From a virus (lineage: Duplodnaviria; Heunggongvirae; Uroviricota; Caudoviricetes): a stretch of DNA of 19,381 bases. The stretch lies in the IMG/VR virus record IMGVR_UViG_2861069343_000003, positions 1-19,381 of that record. One strand, given 5' to 3'. A model generated the notes under the pieces. The model saw only the letters and a list, made by a program, of their open reading frames with translations, had not been told where the DNA came from and did no database searches. Shown in pieces: positions 15,443 through 19,381 of this stretch (positions within the stretch are counted from its first letter, which is position 1; every line of letters begins with the position of its first letter). The translations under genes were made by a program, and so were the position numbers.

Positions 15443-18055
15443 CTAATCACCCTGTGATGTAAAATAAAACCAATGGTATTCTAGAGCTTGCATAGACAAC
15501 CCAACCTTGTCCCTCAATAGGACACCATTCAGCTCCTGATAGTACCTATCGCGCACCATATCACTTACGTGAATCCTTAAAGTCGCTGGGTCAATAGATA
15601 TTAGATAGTTATCAAAGAGACGATGTATATCAGTACGCAATAACAAGCCATTTTTTATATGATTATCCTTATCTCCTCTGTAAGGATAAATATGAGCTGC
15701 ATCAAGTACTGCTATTGTTTTGCACCCAGTAAAGGCACATTGCCCCCAAACGTTTATCAGTTTATTTCTGAAGTCGCTTTGACCTATACGTATCGTGACG
15801 TTTCTATTTATAACCTTTCGTTCATCAGAGTTATTTATTTTAAAACTCCCTGCTGTTGAAAAATCAAATTTTTCAGTCGCACTAAATATTTTTTTAGATT
15901 GTTTTTTTACTTTTGCAAGCTGTAAATCTGACTTTATTTGTAAGGGTTTTGAGTTTTCTTCATCAAACGATGGAAGTTGAAGTTCTTTAATCATGCTGGT
16001 AGATAGAAAATTTTTGTAACTCATTAACTTAAAATCTAATCCTCGCTCATAACGAATTTTAGAGAGCACTATTGCAGCTTCTTCAATGTATTTAAAACTA
16101 CTTTTCCTTTTATCCCATAATTGAGATAAACAATCTGCATTTAACCTATCATATCTTGATAAAATCTCACCCAAACTGCTGGCTTTAGCGGCGCTATCAT
16201 AGTTTATATACTGTTTTTCTTGGGAATCTTCAATGGAATCCAGAATAAAATTTATATTTACATGATTATCTGCATCTGCATCTGCAGATGCAGATGAATC
16301 ATTAAAATTATCGTAGTCAAGAGAATTTTGATCACTCCAAATAGGTAGCGATAGATAGCAAATATTATCAATGCTGTCGTCCACCAACATTAATTTTTGG
16401 TGGAGTAAAAATAATATAACTGAAGCTTCAAGGTAATTCATTTCTTGTGACAAGAATTTTTCTTTAAGCATATCAAAGTCATATTGTACGTATTCATTTT
16501 TTTTCTTTGATATTACGGAGAGTTGCTCTTCACTTAAGACCACTGGCCTGTCTTCTGATATATTACGAAGTAAGTATGAAATCAATTTTTTTTGATTTTT
16601 TTTAGAATCTTCAGACCTAGGAGGTTCGAGAAACACACCTTCAAGTCTATCCAATGCTTTAAGGCAACTTCCCGCAAGCCTAGTCATCGCATCTTTTCTT
16701 GTTTGAATTAGAGGATCTGCATAGATAACAAAATTATCCCCATTACGAATATGAGCTATTTCAAGCTGATATACATCTAGATTTTTTATAAGTTTAAATA
16801 CAAATCCGTATTTTTGCATTCTATGCAAAGTCAGTGTCGGTATAATATCTTTATTAGATTCTTCATCCAAATTATAGTTTTTTATTCTTTTGTACAACCA
16901 ATTTGTTGCAGAGGAAGAGCAAATTAACTCATTATATTGAATTTTACTATTTTTAGTTATCAGATTTAGAAGAGACATTCCAAACAATGCCTGAATACAA
17001 TCTACATAATAAGATATAGTTGTATAATCTGGATGTCCTTTATAGGGGAGAGAATCTATTGAAATAAAACCTGAGTTATAGAATCTCATAAAGTTTTTTT
17101 CAGATAACACCATGATCCCTAACGTAGTTCTGTCAATAACATTCTGTCCATTTTTTATTATCTCAAGTAGGCTTACTGAAGCTAGTAAGGAAATATAATG
17201 CGAACCTAAAGTAGCGAGATCTCTGTGCGAACTTATAGATCTATTTTTACCCTTTATTCTAGGGGGTATAAAAGCCTGGATTGAATTAAAGTTATTTGAA
17301 AAACCAAAAGCCATGTTCAATTCATTGTTGATGTAACACTCTTTAACATTCGGTTTCTGTACGCCACCCCATGCTGAAATAATACTATTAGATTTTAATA
17401 TTTGTTTTTTATTGTTTTTCAAATTCAAATGATTGCAAACTAAACTGGCAACATTATTCTCTGCTTTTTTTTTACTCTCACCACTTCCGATAAATATCTG
17501 TCCATTAGGAAGTGCTATTTCAGACTCATATATTGGTGCATGCTCGGTCCCACCAGCCAAGGTGGTTTTGTATGTAGGGATTATGTGTTGATGTCTTTGG
17601 AAATATTCATGTAAAAGAGTTTTTGGGGGTTTGCCAACAAATGACTCCGTAATAGAAAGGCTTTCAACAAAAAATTTGAGATGTAATATGATATCACAAT
17701 TAGATATCGCCCCTAGGTAAAATTGAAATATTTGAATTATCATAGAAGATGAGTTGATTTCTTCTTGTTTTACTCCAGGACCAAATTCTGTTTGTTGGTA
17801 GACTTTTGTTAAGGGAAAATTTGTAACAACAAGCTCTCTTAGTTTTTTCTTCAGGCTGCTAGTCATAATGCTTAAATTGTTACCATCCGCACCTTCTATA
17901 CTCAGAGACCGACAAGCGCAGATTAAATCCTCAAGCGACTTACCAACTGATACAGTTGCGTTAAACAATTCAGTATTGCAATTAAAAGATGAACGATGAC
18001 TTATCTGAATATAATTTTCGTTGATATGATTTATGAATAACTTATTCATTTTCAC
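15443..18055 (-). CDS. Large multidomain protein (870 aa). It has an N-proximal dsRNA-binding domain (dsRBD) preceded by a probable degenerate dsRBD, a long uncharacterised middle region with an acidic low-complexity linker, and a C-terminal HNH_2-family (His-Me finger) nuclease domain. It is a candidate single-gene defence or abortive-infection effector.
   Basis: Residues ~148–213 (DNA ~17417–17614) read KTLLHEYFQRHQHIIPTYKTTLAGGTEHAPIYESEIALPNGQIFIGSGESKKKAENNVASLVCNHL. This matches the canonical dsRBD pattern (P-x-Y ... G-x-x-H-A-P-x-F ... G-x-G-x-S-K-K-x-A ... L). Residues ~68–100 (KKKLRELVVTNFPLTKVYQQTEFGPG) look like a degenerate first dsRBD. The C-terminus (DNA ~15590–15769) reads GQCAFTGCKTIAVLDAAHIYPYRGDKDNHIKNGLLLRTDIHRLFDNYLISID, the HNH_2 pattern (C..TG...L.AAHI.P......NGL.L....H..FD). 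GC is ~29%. A strong SD (GAGGTG) and its own promoter lie upstream. Confidence 0.8.
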   Translation of the reverse strand: MKMNKLFINHINENYIQISHRSSFNCNTELFNATVSVGKSLEDLICACRSLSIEGADGNNLSIMTSSLKKKLRELVVTNFPLTKVYQQTEFGPGVKQEEINSSSMIIQIFQFYLGAISNCDIILHLKFFVESLSITESFVGKPPKTLLHEYFQRHQHIIPTYKTTLAGGTEHAPIYESEIALPNGQIFIGSGESKKKAENNVASLVCNHLNLKNNKKQILKSNSIISAWGGVQKPNVKECYINNELNMAFGFSNNFNSIQAFIPPRIKGKNRSISSHRDLATLGSHYISLLASVSLLEIIKNGQNVIDRTTLGIMVLSEKNFMRFYNSGFISIDSLPYKGHPDYTTISYYVDCIQALFGMSLLNLITKNSKIQYNELICSSSATNWLYKRIKNYNLDEESNKDIIPTLTLHRMQKYGFVFKLIKNLDVYQLEIAHIRNGDNFVIYADPLIQTRKDAMTRLAGSCLKALDRLEGVFLEPPRSEDSKKNQKKLISYLLRNISEDRPVVLSEEQLSVISKKKNEYVQYDFDMLKEKFLSQEMNYLEASVILFLLHQKLMLVDDSIDNICYLSLPIWSDQNSLDYDNFNDSSASADADADNHVNINFILDSIEDSQEKQYINYDSAAKASSLGEILSRYDRLNADCLSQLWDKRKSSFKYIEEAAIVLSKIRYERGLDFKLMSYKNFLSTSMIKELQLPSFDEENSKPLQIKSDLQLAKVKKQSKKIFSATEKFDFSTAGSFKINNSDERKVINRNVTIRIGQSDFRNKLINVWGQCAFTGCKTIAVLDAAHIYPYRGDKDNHIKNGLLLRTDIHRLFDNYLISIDPATLRIHVSDMVRDRYYQELNGVLLRDKVGLSMQALEYHWFYFTSQGD

Positions 18056-18081
18056 CTCGTGTATTATTCGATAAAGATCAC

Positions 18082-18110
18082 ATTGTACGTGATATCAACT
18101 ACTTGCTCAA
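18082..18110 (-). promoter_or_regulatory. Sigma70-like promoter for the 870-aa gene
   Basis: On the minus strand: -35 TTGAGC (plus 18105–18110), a 17-bp spacer, -10 TACAAT (plus 18082–18087), then the SD GAGGTG (~18062–18067) and ATG at 18055. Confidence 0.5.
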
Positions 18111-18157
18111 AGCAGATCGTCATATCCTATTGCGTTCTAGCTACGTAAACTATCCTA

Positions 18158-19381
18158 TCAGTTAGAGTCTGAGTTAGTACAAGTAACAATCGATTCAACT
18201 CTCTCCCACCATGCCTGGTAGGCTTTACGCTGTTCTTCTAGATAATCGCTCTTGTCATAAACTTGCCATACCCCTGGCAGTTTATGACCTAGCATTATTT
18301 CTGCAATATGAGGCGCAGTAAGATCAGAAAAGTTTGTTCGTGCTGTTCGTCTCAAATCATGAAGAGACCAATGAGGAAATTGATACCCCAAACGCCGCCA
18401 TGCGTACTGCATTAAATTGTAAGGCAGCGACTGCAATGATGTCCGACCAACTGGTTCCCTGCTTCCTTCCTTAGTAAAAAGCATATCGGAACCGTTGTTC
18501 ATAGAGATAACGTATTTTATAATCTCTTCAACCGGTTCAATAATGGGCCGCTTTAGCGGTTCGCCTGTTATATCCCCTGTCTTATGTCGTTCTGGTGGTA
18601 CAGTCCATATCTTATTAATGAAATCAAAATCGTCCACCTTGGCAGTAATTAGCTCTGAACTACGGCAACCAAAATGAAGCAATAGTTTAATGAAGGCCCG
18701 GTATTTAGGAACCATTCGAGAACCATCGATCGCAGCATAAAGGATTTTAATTTCATCATGTGTCAGAAACCGTTTCTTCTGACCTTTACGGATATCCATA
18801 TCTTTACCCGTGATATCCGACAGCGGGCGAGTTTCAATGAGCTTTCTCTTATACGCCCAGACATGGGCCTGCTTTGCGTTAATTAGCAATCGGTCTGCTA
18901 TTGCTGGAGTCTTAGTGCTAAGAGGCTCCAGGACTTCTAACCAATCATGCAATGTAGCTGCATCGTTAGGGATATTCCCGATTTTAGAGAACAGGTGCAG
19001 CTCAAACGAGCGGAGTATCTGTTCAGAACCTTTTTTATTTTTTACACAATATGCTTCATACCAGGCACGGATCACAGACTCTACCGTCATGGCTTCAGTA
19101 GCTTTTCGTTTTTCAGCCTGCTTGACCAATCGTGGATTACGGTTTGACTCGAGTTCACCACGGAGACGGATAACTTCTTCTCTGGCCTCTTTTAATCCAG
19201 TTGCCGGGTAAGTTCCGATATCAAGACGCTCACCTTTCCCTGCCCATTGATAACGATATTGGAACACTACGCGACCTTTCGGTGATACTCTGACAGACAA
19301 ACCATCACGATCGGATTTAACCAAAACCTTATCACGTTCCTTTCCAACGACTGAACGCAACCACGCATCAGACAGCGCCAT
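18158..19381 (-). CDS. int: Tyrosine recombinase/integrase, P4-like family. The start codon is at the last base of the window. The gene is transcribed toward the 870-aa gene.
   Basis: The 407-aa ORF has an N-terminal arm-binding region (MALSDAWLRSVVGKERDKVLVKSDRDGLSVRVSPKGRVVFQYRYQWAGKGERLDIGTY) and a C-terminal catalytic region with R...HDLRRTART...LGHK...Y (WSLHDLRRTARTNFSDLTAPHIAEIMLGHKLPGVWQVYDKSDY). Confidence 0.9.
   Translation of the reverse strand: MALSDAWLRSVVGKERDKVLVKSDRDGLSVRVSPKGRVVFQYRYQWAGKGERLDIGTYPATGLKEAREEVIRLRGELESNRNPRLVKQAEKRKATEAMTVESVIRAWYEAYCVKNKKGSEQILRSFELHLFSKIGNIPNDAATLHDWLEVLEPLSTKTPAIADRLLINAKQAHVWAYKRKLIETRPLSDITGKDMDIRKGQKKRFLTHDEIKILYAAIDGSRMVPKYRAFIKLLLHFGCRSSELITAKVDDFDFINKIWTVPPERHKTGDITGEPLKRPIIEPVEEIIKYVISMNNGSDMLFTKEGSREPVGRTSLQSLPYNLMQYAWRRLGYQFPHWSLHDLRRTARTNFSDLTAPHIAEIMLGHKLPGVWQVYDKSDYLEEQRKAYQAWWERVESIVTCTNSDSN

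Noticed and set aside
15659-15980. Two short plus-strand ORFs (66 and 61 aa) inside the 870-aa gene
   Set aside because: They lie antisense to a strongly supported long ORF in AT-rich DNA. They have no RBS and low-complexity hydrophobic translations.
17200-17600. Intact RNase III catalytic domain in the 870-aa protein
   Set aside because: Only a weak resemblance to the RNase III signature box (HRDLATLGSHY against ERLEFLGDA) was found, with the catalytic acidic residues replaced. It lies after the dsRBD instead of before it, so it is not called as a domain.
1-19381. CRISPR arrays, tRNA/tmRNA genes, IS elements
   Set aside because: No regularly spaced direct repeats, no cloverleaf-compatible tRNA-like segments and no transposase ORFs or terminal inverted repeats were seen anywhere in the window. 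The expected tRNA/att core next to the integrase would lie beyond the window end.

Overview
This window is a composite, degenerate lambdoid prophage region of enterobacterial type, carrying two AT-rich cargo modules at classic accessory hotspots. From low to high coordinates: (1) an AT-rich plus-strand two-gene module, a small 3-TM (SLATT-like) membrane protein overlapping and translationally coupled to a 458-aa reverse transcriptase with a complete RT motif set (YVDD), closed by a hairpin terminator. This looks like a defence-associated RT system (UG/Abi- or retron-like) at the tail-fibre-distal moron position. (2) A small minus-strand membrane-protein gene interrupted by an in-frame TAA (pseudogene). 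(3) A GC-rich lambda-like late tail module on the minus strand: a 1233-aa side tail fibre (lambda Stf-like N-terminus, Ala/Ser/Thr repeat shaft, C-terminal self-cleaving intramolecular chaperone domain, no tfa), lom, J, I, K and a 5'-truncated L. (4) An abrupt junction into a KplE1/CPS-53-like plus-strand early-gene block (yfdP/Q/R/S/T-like, then a TorI/Xis-like winged-helix protein). (5) A very AT-rich minus-strand gene for an 870-aa protein with a canonical dsRNA-binding domain (plus a probable degenerate second dsRBD) near the N-terminus and a C-terminal HNH_2-type nuclease, with its own sigma70-like promoter. It sits immediately beside a P4-type tyrosine integrase that runs off the window end. 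The dsRBD–HNH protein and the SLATT–RT pair are the two candidates for novel or poorly described anti-phage systems. The rest is recognisable prophage backbone. No rRNA, tRNA or CRISPR array was found.
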